From contig NW_003314434.1 in assembly GCF_000143415.4 (NCBI RefSeq), positions 1 through 64,000 on the forward strand: a stretch of 64,000 bases of DNA, read 5' to 3'. The DNA comes from Selaginella moellendorffii (Eukaryota > Plantae > Lycopodiophyta). Made by a program: the position numbers and the translations under genes. Of this stretch, positions 24,269-36,115 are shown one piece after another. A model generated the notes under the pieces. It did not search any database. It was not told the origin of the DNA and worked only from the letters and a program-made list of their open reading frames with translations. How positions within the stretch are numbered: the stretch's first letter is position 1; each line of letters starts with the position of its first letter.

Positions 24269-24900
24269 TTACTTATATTTATTATTTTTGTTTATAATTT
24301 TTAGCTGTATACTTATCTTCACCATCTGAAGAAACCATTTTCTTATGTTTTTTGGTAATAGGAAGCCACAATTATAAGTAATGTCTTTTAATGTCTTAGG
24401 AAGTTTATATAAAGGTAGATATAAAGAATAAATTCTTTTGTTTGTAACTCCTTGGTCTAAAGTATTATCAATAAGTATTATTTGATATTTATTATATCTC
24501 CATATTGGGCATTTAAACATTTTATCCTCCAATTGAATTAAATAATTTTTGTCTTTAATAAAAATATTCTTCATATTGTCCTACATTGCAACCTTTCCTA
24601 TATTTTTTGTATAATATTTATCATATACCACTGTAAATAAGTTCAAATTATTTGATGCTTAGGTAAAATAATTTAGTAATGGTAATAAATATTGTTTAGA
24701 AGTGCAAGAGTAAACTCTAAGTTGTAAAAAATCTTTTTTAAATGATCAAAGCCATTTTAGAAATGTTGTAGTATATGGCCTTATTGCAAAATGCTGATTA
24801 TAATGTTTAATTACTATTTCATAATTTTTCACTTAAACTTTATTAATCGTTTTTATTAATAATCTACTAATTTCAAGTAATATAAGCCATCTTTTTTCTT
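24269..24900 (-). pseudogene. AT-rich, intronless fossil FCP1/NIF-domain (HAD) gene
   Basis: One frame with 4 in-frame stops: KRWLILLEISRLL..FAIRPYTTTFLKWL..LRVYSC..DNMKNIFIKD..IILIDNTLDQGVTN. The motif order parallels the gene at 46662. Confidence 0.65.
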
Positions 24901-25094
24901 TAGAATTAAGATTAAATATAGATGGTTGTTGATAGTGAAATTTTCTAATATCCTTCTAAGGGGTCTCCAAAATAATATCAATATTATTTGTAGCTGTATT
25001 TGTAATAATAAATTAAAGTATATATAGGAAATTTATCTTACTTACTTTGTAAATGAGATTGTCGAGGTGTAATAAAACTATTTATAATTTAGCT

Positions 25095-26090
25095 CTAAAA
25101 TATTTTTTTATCAAGACCTTTATAAAAAAAATTAAATTATTTTTCTTTTTATAATTTATATACCTTTATTTATATGTTGTGACAATTTATGCCAAGTTTC
25201 ATATCATCAAATAGATAATGGCTGAAGAACTAATTTATAAATTTCACATAAAGATAAAAAAGTATTTACTAGACAATAATATTTATATGCAAAAGCTATT
25301 TCTAATTTGTAAAACAACTAACCAAAATTATCTTTATTCTCTATTTTTTTTGGCACAACATTATGAGACATTGTCTCTTCCACTTCTTGCTACATATCCT
25401 TTATCTCCAGTTTTTGTGAAAGATGGTTTTGTTTCAATGGAGGTTGATGCTGTTGCTACTCAGGTTTAAGGACAAAAGTGAAGATGTGGTCATGGTTGTG
25501 ATATTCACTGCTGAGCATGTGATGAAATTGGTCACACTCTATTAGTGTTATTGGTGTTTTCTAAATTGGTAGCGTCAATTTCTTGGGTGGAGACCTTGGC
25601 ATCAACAATGTCCTATTGGTGTTGTTGTAGTGAAAGGTCTAGACATTGATATGCAACCACGAAACGAGGAATCGCAGAAGGAATGGAGGGACTTCCAAAT
25701 TCATTTTGTTTATATCTTAACTTACTATTAATAGAAATATAGATATGTGAGGTCCAAGTGTATAACTACAATGATGTATACTAATATTAGCATAGTGGGA
25801 TTTTGGTAGCCATCAGATTAGTTTCAATCTGAACCACTCACTCCTGTATATAAGCTAGAGTTTTTGGGATAATTGATATGCACATTTTATGTATTCCTTT
25901 TCCATATTCCATACACTCACATTATTTTATATTCCATGCACTCACATTGGTGGAAGTGAGGGGCACCTTTGATTATTCTTGAGAAGTGCTTGGATTTGGG
26001 ATTTTAGTTTAGATTTAGCTTTTGCATTGTCTAGATCTAGCTTTTTCATTCCTTTCTTTTATTTTTTCCTTTTGGGATTTTGGTTTAGAT
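25095..26090 (+). repeat. Rearranged duplicate of 5447..6215 (flank, gypsy 5' LTR 25746-25946, PBS) with a copy of gag segment 6885..7230 inserted
   Basis: Direct sequence similarity to both source segments. Confidence 0.8.
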
Positions 26091-26471
26091 CTATGCTCAA
26101 ACACATAAGAGTTTCTATTTTATGTTTATCTAGTATAAGTACATTCATAATGACCAATTTCTTAACTAGCTTGGGTGGAGATTAATAAAGAGTCTACCAA
26201 TACCAACCTCTTGTTATCATGGTAGTAAAGAAAAAATATTCGAAACGACTTGTTGATAAATAATTTTCAATACCTACAATCATATTCCCAACACTTGAGT
26301 TGCATACAAATGGGATAACAATGGTGCTACAACTCCCATCATTGTTAACCTATAGAGTATAAAGCAGATGACCTTATGTTAGTGAATTTTCCCAATCTTA
26401 TAGTGTATAGTTTGTCTAAATAACTCCTTGCTTAGTGGAAGAGATTGTATCAGATGTTGCGGTAAGTTGAA

Positions 26472-26638
26472 TGTAAACTTTTGAATTTAGACTTCTCAAG
26501 AAGTCACTTAACTCAGTACTATTCAAAATATTCCAAGACCCTTAATTAATTAAAAAAAGGGGGTACACTTTTATTCATCGGCCCTTTTCCCCTATATTTG
26601 AACTTTTATGGATTGTCTCTCAAATTGTTTTTTTTACA
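26472..26638 (-). mobile_element. Duplicated copy of the solo Cassandra-like LTR
   Basis: Same site and sequence as 17288..17454; flanks ttgaa/ttgga. Confidence 0.75.
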
Positions 26639-29478
26639 TTGGACACAAGTATATAAGGTTTGGCATGACATTCAATAGATTGATCCTCTAAAAATTGTGC
26701 ATATAAAATAGCTGAAATACTTCATACAAAAGGATCATAAATAACTAGCATCTATAGATCCACTAGTTCCTCCACTTAATATTCCTCCAAATCCCTATCA
26801 ACCAAACAATTATAACTACTTTCCATTCTTCTAAGAGGAGAGGATGATATGAGGTTTAAGTGTATAGTTACAATGCCATTTATTATTATTACTGTAATGG
26901 GATTTTAATAGCCATTGAATTGGTTTCAATTTAGACCATTAATAATTGAATATGCATATTTAGCTAATTGAATATGCATATTTTTGTATTTTATTTCCAT
27001 ATTTCATGCACTCATAGATTTTCTTTTTATTTTGCTTTACAAAGTAAAGTCATATACCTAGATATCTAAATATATTCTTGGATATTCTCTAATCTAAGGG
27101 CTCTTAAACTTTCTCTAATTAACTTGTAATCAGTGTTTAAAGTTAATTGTCTAACTTATCACTAATGTAAATAATCTATATTGAAAAAACTATTAACACT
27201 TATTAACACTAACATGCCAATGTAAACCTTAAAAATAAATTTAAAATTAACATCATTAAGCCCTCCACACTCATGGTTTCTTTCTGTAATATAGAGGGCA
27301 CAAAATCCAGCCATCTAAGATTGATGGCCTGATAGTTAAACACAAAAGAACTTAAGAGAGTTAAACATTGTTCTAGCTATTTAAAAACTAGAGACTAGTG
27401 GGGACACCATTTCTCGCCATTTGTCCTGATGCGCAATAGCTAGCAATTAACATTATGCAAATGCCTCAATCTAAACAAATGCCTAGCCTCATTAGTTGTT
27501 ATGTTTAGCATTCAAGTATGTTAAGAAATATATTAGAATATACATTGTAATATATTTTAGATAGCACAAAAAATAATTTAAAAAGAGGAGTAGTGTATTT
27601 TAAATAGTACAACAAATTATTTAAAAAGAGTAGTACTCAATGGAATTTAAGGATTGGTTCCTCGAGGTATGGAAGAAACTAGAAACCTAGACAGATAAAA
27701 TTGATGGATCAATTCCTCTCTCTCTCTCTCTCTCTCTCCATTTGTTTGTTTGTTTCTATGATTTTGCAGAGTCCTCAAAAAAAGGTACTTGGTATTGAGG
27801 TTCAACCATAGGCAAAAAGAAACTCTGCTGATGTTTTATAGGGAAACGTTTTCCTACAGGCCTTTCTGAATTGAATCCATGGAACCTGGAAGTCAAAACA
27901 AGAGAGTAGCTTCAGAACACTTAAAAGCTCACCCCTGCAAGTTCTGTTGTGGTGAGTGAATGGTCAAAGGTGCGAATATTCTCTCAAAAAAATCAACAAT
28001 CCCGCCATTTTCTTCATTGCATCTCCCGAGAATTGGGATAGCTCTCCAGCTTCCACTTGATCTCTGCCCACTTGAGGTGAGATGCATGGATCCTACAAGA
28101 AGCCAGCCGTGGACACCACACTGTTGCATCTCCCGAGCTATTTTGTTCAAGATGCGTGGTATACTGACCTGAACTATAAATTGCAGTGCGGGATCACATT
28201 CTAACTGATTTAATGCTAGAAGCAGCTATGATATCTGACAACTCCAAAATGTTGAGCCTTCGCGACTTCCAATATGCTTTGTGGAAGGTCCCGATGGTAA
28301 GTTTGAGTTTTATTATTCTCGCAAGAAATTAACCAGCTGGGAAACCCAGAGCAGTTATTAAAGAAATAGTTCCATTTCTTTGTGAGGAGTGTCAGCAATC
28401 GCAACTAACTCTGATACTCTTGGATCGCTAAGTATGAAGTTTTTTTTATCTGTGCATAATTTAGGTTGATTATGTTTCTCAGTTCGGTGCTGACCAGTAT
28501 CTACGTCTGGCGAAACTTCTTGTGTTGTGTAGGATCATCTCGTTCTTGGACTCCAACGTAATAAAATTAGGGAGTTTCCATCGAGAAGAAATACTAATCT
28601 TCTCTATTGCAGGTTCGTCATAGTATTTATCTTATTTTCGCAAACTTTCCCACATGAGAAGTTTACAGTTAATTCTCCTCGGGCATACTTCCGATGCTGT
28701 TTCTTTTCTGTTGGAAAGCTCAGTGTTTTAGTTGTCGTCACTAACACTAATACCAGATAGCACTACGCCTGTACAAGTACATAGCCTGAACATCCTAGCA
28801 TGGTTTATTTCTGAAACTTCTATTTCGGACGAGAAGCAGTTACTGTTGGCCGTGGTTGGCTGCATTGTAGCTCTTGCAAGCACTTTGAAGGTAAATCTTG
28901 ATTTCATAGTTTAAACCAGTCATAAATCTTTGTTTGCAGTCTGTGCCATGCGGTGCTTTAAAGCAATCAAGCAGGAAGGTCAAGTCTTGAAGCTTTCTGT
29001 GCTTTTGCGAGCCATACATGACAATTCCAAGAACTTCGTAAACAACAGGAGGTTTTTGTCATCCTTTCTTCATACTAGTCTGCTCAGCGAATGAGAGCAA
29101 GACAAATAGAACATGTGATACGTTTCATTAAGTTGCACCTCCGCCAACAATTTCAATCTTTCTAAGAACTTCAGACATCTCCCACCTTGCTTTGTTGGTT
29201 CGATCCAGCTGAAAATTATTGACTTGCCAGAAGGAAAGAAAGCGGAAAAGAATTCCTTGATTTGTTTCGTTACATGTAAATTCTTCTATACTTCTTTTCT
29301 TTCTGGCATGTCACCAATTTTCTATGTTGGATCAAATCAATAAAGCAAGGCGGCTGTATGAAAGATTGAGACCCTCTGCATTAGCTATTACATCAACAAC
29401 CCACAGATGTGCAACCCAATGGCTAAGGGAGTGGAAATGAGTGGGATGACCATAACCTAAACGAGACGCAGACAAAGT

Positions 29479-30635
29479 TTAATACCTTACAGTCTCAATG
29501 GCTGCTTTGCCATCTAGTTTTGAAGCGTAGAACGATTGAAGGTAATTTCCATAGACGCTTTCTTTGAAGCAAGCAGGCGCTTCGTCAGCGACCAGCTGCG
29601 CCAGCGGAGCAATGTGACTATCTTCTGCTGGCCCATAGAATGAAGCAATGGAGACTCGAGTTCGCTCCGAGTTGACAACTGCTCGGTGCTCCACACTCTT
29701 GTACGCATCATTGGAAAGAATCTGAATAACACACAATCAAAACCTGGAAATCTCATGCATGCACGATGATGACGATCGAAAGAAAGCTTACCTGAAGCTG
29801 ATCTCCAATGTTGACAACAAAGGCGCCAGGCAGAGGTTTGATCGGCACCCACGCTCCACAGTGTAGAATCTGGAGGCCATCTTTCACCCTGGTGTCCTGC
29901 TGGAGTATAGTGAAACCGTTTGGATCCGCGTGAGCGTCCAGTCCGATTGTAAGCTCCGGCTCCGGACAAGGTGGATAGTAGTTCATCCTCATCGCATGCC
30001 TCTCTCCTCCAAAAGCTTCCTCCAGAGCACCACTTTCCAGTCCCAGTGACTCCGAGAACAATCCAAGCACTCTTTTCGCTAACCGGTTCATGGCTTCTGC
30101 GTAAGCGGTCGAGATCTTCACGTAGGATGGAGGCTTAGTCGGGAGCTGGGCGATCTCGCAGGGAGGATAGCACGCCTGGTGGAGATAGTCTTGCCACATT
30201 CGTCGCGTCTCCTTGGACGGGATAAAACTCGTCCCCATCCGAAACTTTGAGGAGCTATCCTCGGAGTAGTACACGGACCTATCCTCGATGGGAAGGCGGA
30301 AGAAGTCGTGGACGAGCTCCATCATGTTCGCCATGAGTTGTTCTGGAAATCCATGGCCGATAATCTACAAGAACGAAGTGGAATTTCAATCAATGGTGAG
30401 CGATCTCGTGTACCTGGAAGAAGCCCCAGTCTCTAGACGCGCTCCGGATGGAATCAATCGCCAATATCCGAGCAGGGGAGCACTTCTCCACATCGGACAG
30501 ATCGATCACAGGAATTTCTTCGATCTCCACGCACTGCCGTGGATCTGAATCCCTGCGGTACTCACCGGGCACCATGGCGATCCCAGCATCCGCCAGTCCC
30601 TTCACTCCAGCGATCCTAGACGCCACTGCCGCCAT
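29479..30635 (-). CDS. 2-oxoglutarate/Fe(II) dioxygenase (DOXC; DMR6/FNS I/F3H-like), 345 aa, exons 30635-30414, 30364-29792, 29721-29479
   Basis: IPVIDL, WGFFQ, NYYPPCPEP, HADP (HxD), VEHRAV and RVS (RxS) motifs; two in-phase GT-AG introns. Confidence 0.92.
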
Positions 30636-30689
30636 TCGTCAATCTCGAGCCGCGCCACAGTGATCACCTAATAGACACGGAAGCCGTCC

Positions 30690-32067
30690 AAGAAATATCA
30701 TCCGGAGAGAAGAGCATGGCGAGGAGGAGCTCTTTGGCTTGATTCGATCGCCCCCGCGCGACCCAGAAGATCTATCAGGCAGCCGTAGTGCTCGGCTCCC
30801 GGATCCACGCCAAAATCCTGCCGCATCGACGGCTCCATCCGGTGTCGAGAAGCCCTCCATGGCTGCATGCGAAGAGAATCCCTGCGAATGTGTAGGAATC
30901 CGGGGCCAGGCCTTCTTGGACCATCCCCAAGAACAGCTCCACGTCCTCGCCGCGCTGCTCCCTTGCTGTGCACTGGCAGCGATCGCGATCGTCCACGACA
31001 CTGCGGAGCGGTTCTTCAGACCCAGGAAGACGCGCTTGGCCTCGCCTGGGCTGCCGCACCGCACAAACATGCTCATCACGCTGTTCATCACCACTGCGTC
31101 GCTGCTCCACTCGCTCGCGGCGATTCGCGAGTGAAGATCCCTGCCCTGGACGATCCATCCCAGTCCCGCGCAAGCGTGGAGAGCGTTCACGTATGTCACA
31201 TTGTCTGGACGCACAGACGAGTCTTCTTAACCATACAAGTCAAGGGCTTCTGTGAAATACCCGTTTTGGGCAAATGCTGCAATAGTAGCGTTCCAAGTGA
31301 TCACATTTCTAACTTTTAATGAATCAAAAGTTTTCTTTTTTTCGACTGCTTGCTGGCATTTTTCATACATGTTGATCATCGCATTACCCACTCCAGTCTC
31401 GAGAAATCGATGGGACAAGCTGGCAAATCTCGCAATGATCTCGGCATGGATTTGTTTGCCGTCTTGCAGGGATCCTAGAAATGCACAAGCACCGAGGCCG
31501 CTCATGAAACTGCTCGAATTCCTTTGAACGCCCATCTTCTTGTAGAGATTGATCGCCTCTCTGCAATGCCAGGTGTGGGCAAGCGCGGAGATCATAGCGT
31601 TCCAAGTCACAACATCGCGTACGTGCATTTGATAAAAAACACGCTTTGCTTCCTTGAATCTGGCACACTTTCCATACATGTTGACGATAGAGGTTCCAGC
31701 GACAACATTACGCTCCCAGCCACACGAGCAAATACGCTCGTGGATCTTTATACCCTGTGCTTTATCCTGCTTCCAAGAACACGCTGCCAGGATCTCAATC
31801 AGCGTCACCATATCAGGCCTGATCCCTTCCAGATCCAACTTCCACAACAGCGCAATCGCCGCTCCAAACTGCCCATTATGGGCATTTGCGGCAATCGCAG
31901 TGTTCCAGGCCGCCAACTTTTTCTCCTCCACCCTATCATACACTTCCATTGCCAGATCCAAGCGGCCAAGCTTCCCGTACATGTTGACGATCGCAGCAGC
32001 GACATCCAGATGCGCGTTCAATCCCGATTCGAGAATGTGCCCGTGGATCACTTTGCCCTCCTCCCAA
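30690..32067 (-). pseudogene. PLS-type PPR pseudogene
   Basis: Repeated MYGKC/WNAMI motifs, ACSHGGL and EHYGCLIDLLGRAG; frameshifts; N-terminus replaced by a PDR remnant. Confidence 0.85.
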
Positions 32068-32262
32068 CAACACCCAAAAGTCATGTTGTAGCCAAAGTAA
32101 CTCTCCACAAATGCCTTGACAGTCGTGCATCACGCATTGGGTGTGTGAGGTGCACGAGATCATCTGCATACTGGGATGCTATCAGGCCATAACAGTGTTC
32201 ATGGAACTCGACAAATCCAATAGTGATCCACATTCTCAGCAAGAAAAGCACAAAGTGGAATG
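32068..32262 (-). pseudogene. Degenerate PDR last-exon copy fused to the PPR remnant
   Basis: ESYFGYNMTFG at the start of ORF 31227..32108. Confidence 0.8.
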
Positions 32263-34029
32263 TCCGAGAAAAAGCAAAAAGTTGTTTATATCCAACTTAG
32301 GTTTAGGGAAGTTAAATATGCTTCAAAAACAATGTCCCAAATTCACAATAGGATCTTAGAATTGGATCACTGCCCAACAAGTATGTTCACATGTGTTTTT
32401 GTTTGCAGCAGAGGAACCGTACTGAATATCCACATTCTGGTATTGAAAATTATTATAATGGTTTTTAGCTGATCAAAACGGTTTTAATGTACAATGCTTA
32501 AATCGTGATTTATATTGGAATTTTAAATTTGTGACTCACTTGTAATCAGTGTTTATAAAGTTAATTCTCTTACTTATCACTACTAATGTAAAATATTCAT
32601 ATAAAAAACAAATATGAAGTTCTTTATTTTGCCTCATATCTAGAGTATCAAGTAAAATTTGAAAAAACTATATAAAACTAAGAAACTCTATATTATCCTA
32701 ATAAATTGCTACATGTTGCATGTAGCAACACTTGGTTTGCTTAATACTAGTGTTATTGTTACTTATTAATTCAATTGATCAAATAAAGTTTTTAATTATT
32801 AGCATGTTTGTAGTTTATAAACACAAAATTAATCTTATTGCATAATTAGATGATAGAATAAAAAAGAACATACTAGAATGGGTTTAAGAAAGTTTATAAA
32901 AGATAAAAATGTTATAAACTATAAATATAAAATTAATCTAAATGAATAACAACTGTTAGATGGTAGAATATTCTAGAATATTCAAGCATATTTTAGATAT
33001 ATTCACTCTGATTAAGCAAACAAAAAATTACAAGGATTAACAGTAAACCTTAAAAATAAGTCTAAAATTAACATCATTAAGCTCTGTTATCTAGAGGGCA
33101 CAAAATCCAGCTTTTGGAAGTGTTTTAAGATTGATGTCATGATGGTTAAACACCAAATAACTTACAAGAGTTAAAGATTGTTTTAGCTATTTGAAAAAAG
33201 TGGCGACACCATTCCCCACCATTTTTCCTGATGCGTGGCTAGCATATTCACATTAATATTCAATGCTATTCAAATGCCTCAATCTACGCAAGCACTTAGC
33301 TTCATTAATTGTTCTTTGCATTGAAGTACTAAGAAGTCCATGGAATTTAACGATTGGTTCCTCAAGGTATGGAAGAAATGGATCAATTCATATCTCTCTC
33401 CATTTGACTCTTTCTTTCTATAATTTTGCAGACTCGTCAAAAAAGGTACTCGGCATTGGCTTTGAGGAAAAAGAAACTCATTCACTCTGTACCACAACAG
33501 AACTTGCAGGGGTGAGCTTTTGAGTGTTCTGAAGCTACTTTCTCTTGTTTTGACTTCCAGGTTCCTTGGATTCAATTCAGAAAGGCCTGTAGGAAAACGT
33601 TTCCCTGTAAAAAGATCAACAGGTCAAAGGTGCGAATATTCCAACAATCCCGCCATTTTCTTTATCGCATCTCCCGAGAATTGGGATAGCTCTCCAGCTT
33701 CCACATGAGGTGAGATGCATGGATCCTACAAGAAGCCACCCGTGAACACCATGCTGTTGCATCTCCCGTCAATGTGCTGTTTACCAATCCTGTTCCTTGA
33801 ACCGACCCTGACTACAAGAATGTCGGAAGCCCTTGAGTTGTTCAGCAGCCTTGATCGAGAAAAACTCGGGCTGGCAGCAACGCAATGAGCTGCCAACGAA
33901 TTCATATTTCTGAATCGAAATTGGCATGTTGAAAAAGATGAAGACTACAAAGATGACACAAAGGGGCGAGTAAATCTAAACCACTACAATGATCAGCTGC
34001 AAACAAACATGTTAGAAGCCAAGCAGAGA

Positions 34030-34760
34030 ATCAGAGTAACCAAAGAAACTCACCAAACAGATTGGAATAACAATTCGGCTGCATCAACGCGGGTAAGCAT
34101 CGACAGGCTTAGAAGCATTACTTGCTTCACAAGAATGGTTGATGAGATGAGCAATGCTGCCCGCTCGAGTGGCGTCCACGACTCGCTCATTGTCGATACA
34201 AAACAGGTATGTACCAGCGCCCTGTCAGCAACTCTTGAGTGCTCTTGAGTGGATTGGTGGACTATTACACTTCTCACGTACGTCCGCAACAGTAGGCCGG
34301 ATGATCTCTCCTGCGTATTCTATAACCTGCACAATGGCATGGAGTTATCACTGGACAAGCATGTCAGGATCGCAGAGGATGTCGTGCGCGGATGGACGCT
34401 AGTCGCGTCTTGCTGCGACCAGCTCCAACACCTTGGACGCAATTGATGGGTGTTAGTACGCCCAGTCGCTGGTAGAATGCCATCGTCAATCAACACCGAC
34501 CCCCTTTCCTACACAGATTCACCAAACTAAGCAAGCACGTTGCACAAACTGCAGTCAAACCTGGTCCGCGGGACACCTCCAATGAAGTTCGAAGAGTATA
34601 AGTCCAAGCGCGAGCATGTCAGTGGAGGTCGAGTTGCTCCGGCGCTGGGGAGAGGAGTAAACTGCTCTCCCCTTCTTGGTATTTTCGGTCGCGAGCATGG
34701 ACTCCTTATTTTTAGCTGTAAGCCAACAAGTGAGAGATGGAAGAGATTTTTCGAGCATGA
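34030..34760 (-). pseudogene. Third, decayed kinase copy (C-lobe only)
   Basis: AKNKESML..DMLALGLILFELHW retained; N-lobe deleted; indels and a stop in the last exon; carries about 300 bp absent from copies A and B. Confidence 0.85.
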
Positions 34761-35234
34761 CGTTTGAGTTGAGTGTGTAGTTTCTTTGGACCAGCAGCTC
34801 TCTTCATGGACTGTGGTCAATTTTGTGTCGTGCTGAAAGCACAAAAGAGATTGAGGAGTCGTTACCGCACTTATCCAACAACGCCTGGAAAGCGCACAAC
34901 AATTGATGGATTCACAACAAAATTGCCACAATTGCATGCTCATCTCTTTCTCCGCATACCAGCAGTTGTTCAAAGTGAGCAAACACAAATCCTGCCAATG
35001 AGCCAATCCTGTTAATCCTACTGCGAATTCAATCGACATGCATTTGGGAATCCTCACCTCCACCCTTGCCCTGGGCAATAGTACCCTGAGCACAACAGAA
35101 TTGAGAATTCCTGCGAGGAAGAAACGTAGGATGAGCCATGTTCTTGATTGAAATGAAGCTGATTGGGAGAGCGCACTCACCTCAGCCCTTGCCAAACGAC
35201 CACAGCAGCTAAAAAGTCGCCTTTACAGAATGCA

Positions 35235-35921
35235 TCACTCATTCTCGATCTAGACAATACACTGGTATACGCTCATAAGGATCTCGTCTCTTCTGTAGAT
35301 TTCAGCATGGAATTCAACAATGATGCACCACTTCGTTGCTAGAGGCCGGTGAGTACGCTCGAACTTCTACATACTTAATTTTTCCTGTATATAAACTAGG
35401 GTTTATGGGCTAATCTATGCAAGCACATTAATAAAGATGCTCGAAGAGCTTCCACATCATAGACCAGGCGTAGATGAATTTCTGGGGAAGGTTTCAAAAG
35501 TATACGATCGTGGTGTTTAGTGCCGCCGAGGAGAAGTATGTCAACCTTATGGTTTGACCATCTGGATCCTACTGGGAGGCTTGTGTCGAGGAGGCTACAT
35601 GGTGCCAATTGCGTTGTTCTAAAGGACGGGACGAAAGTCAAGAATCTTGACCATGCAGGGTTTGGGGATTTCAAGCGGGTGGTGGCACTGGATGACATTA
35701 TTGACTTCTACCAAGGTCATCAAGAGAGCGTGGTGGTGGCTCCAAAGTTTGAGGGGTCAAAGGATGACCACTTCTTGGCAGATGTAACCCCTTTCCTCCT
35801 TGCCCTGTCAAAGTGTTCGGATTTTACCAAAGGTACCCATCGCTGGAATATTGGACAATGTGTGGAGAAGCAAGGCAAATTGTACGTCCCAGACCAATTC
35901 GATGATGAATGGGTTGTGTAA
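35235..35921 (+). pseudogene. SCP/CTD phosphatase pseudogene adjacent to the intact PDR 3' end
   Basis: ILDLDNTLV retained; insertion at about 35335-35445; frameshifts; C-terminal ORF 35520..35921. Confidence 0.88.
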
Positions 35922-36115
35922 AATTGATTTGCTAAAGTCTGTAATAAATAATTATAAAATTTTCAAGTATTTAAATAATAAATTTAAAGCCTGAAAACTC
36001 GAAGAAAATCTCAAGCTTTGTTGATCTTTTATACATATGTTACAAAAGTGAATCATCCTAGTAATGAGCTCACAAACTTTTGCTTGGCTGAGCCCAAAGC
36101 TCTGGAAAAGAAGAG

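Noticed and set aside
28135-29340. Exon-like pieces with GT-AG boundaries and an LRR-like stretch
   Set aside because: No continuous frame or family could be assembled.
34555-34758. C-lobe-only kinase as a baculovirus PK2-like eIF2alpha-kinase inhibitor
   Set aside because: The downstream exon has a frameshift and a stop, and there is no credible start; simple decay explains it.
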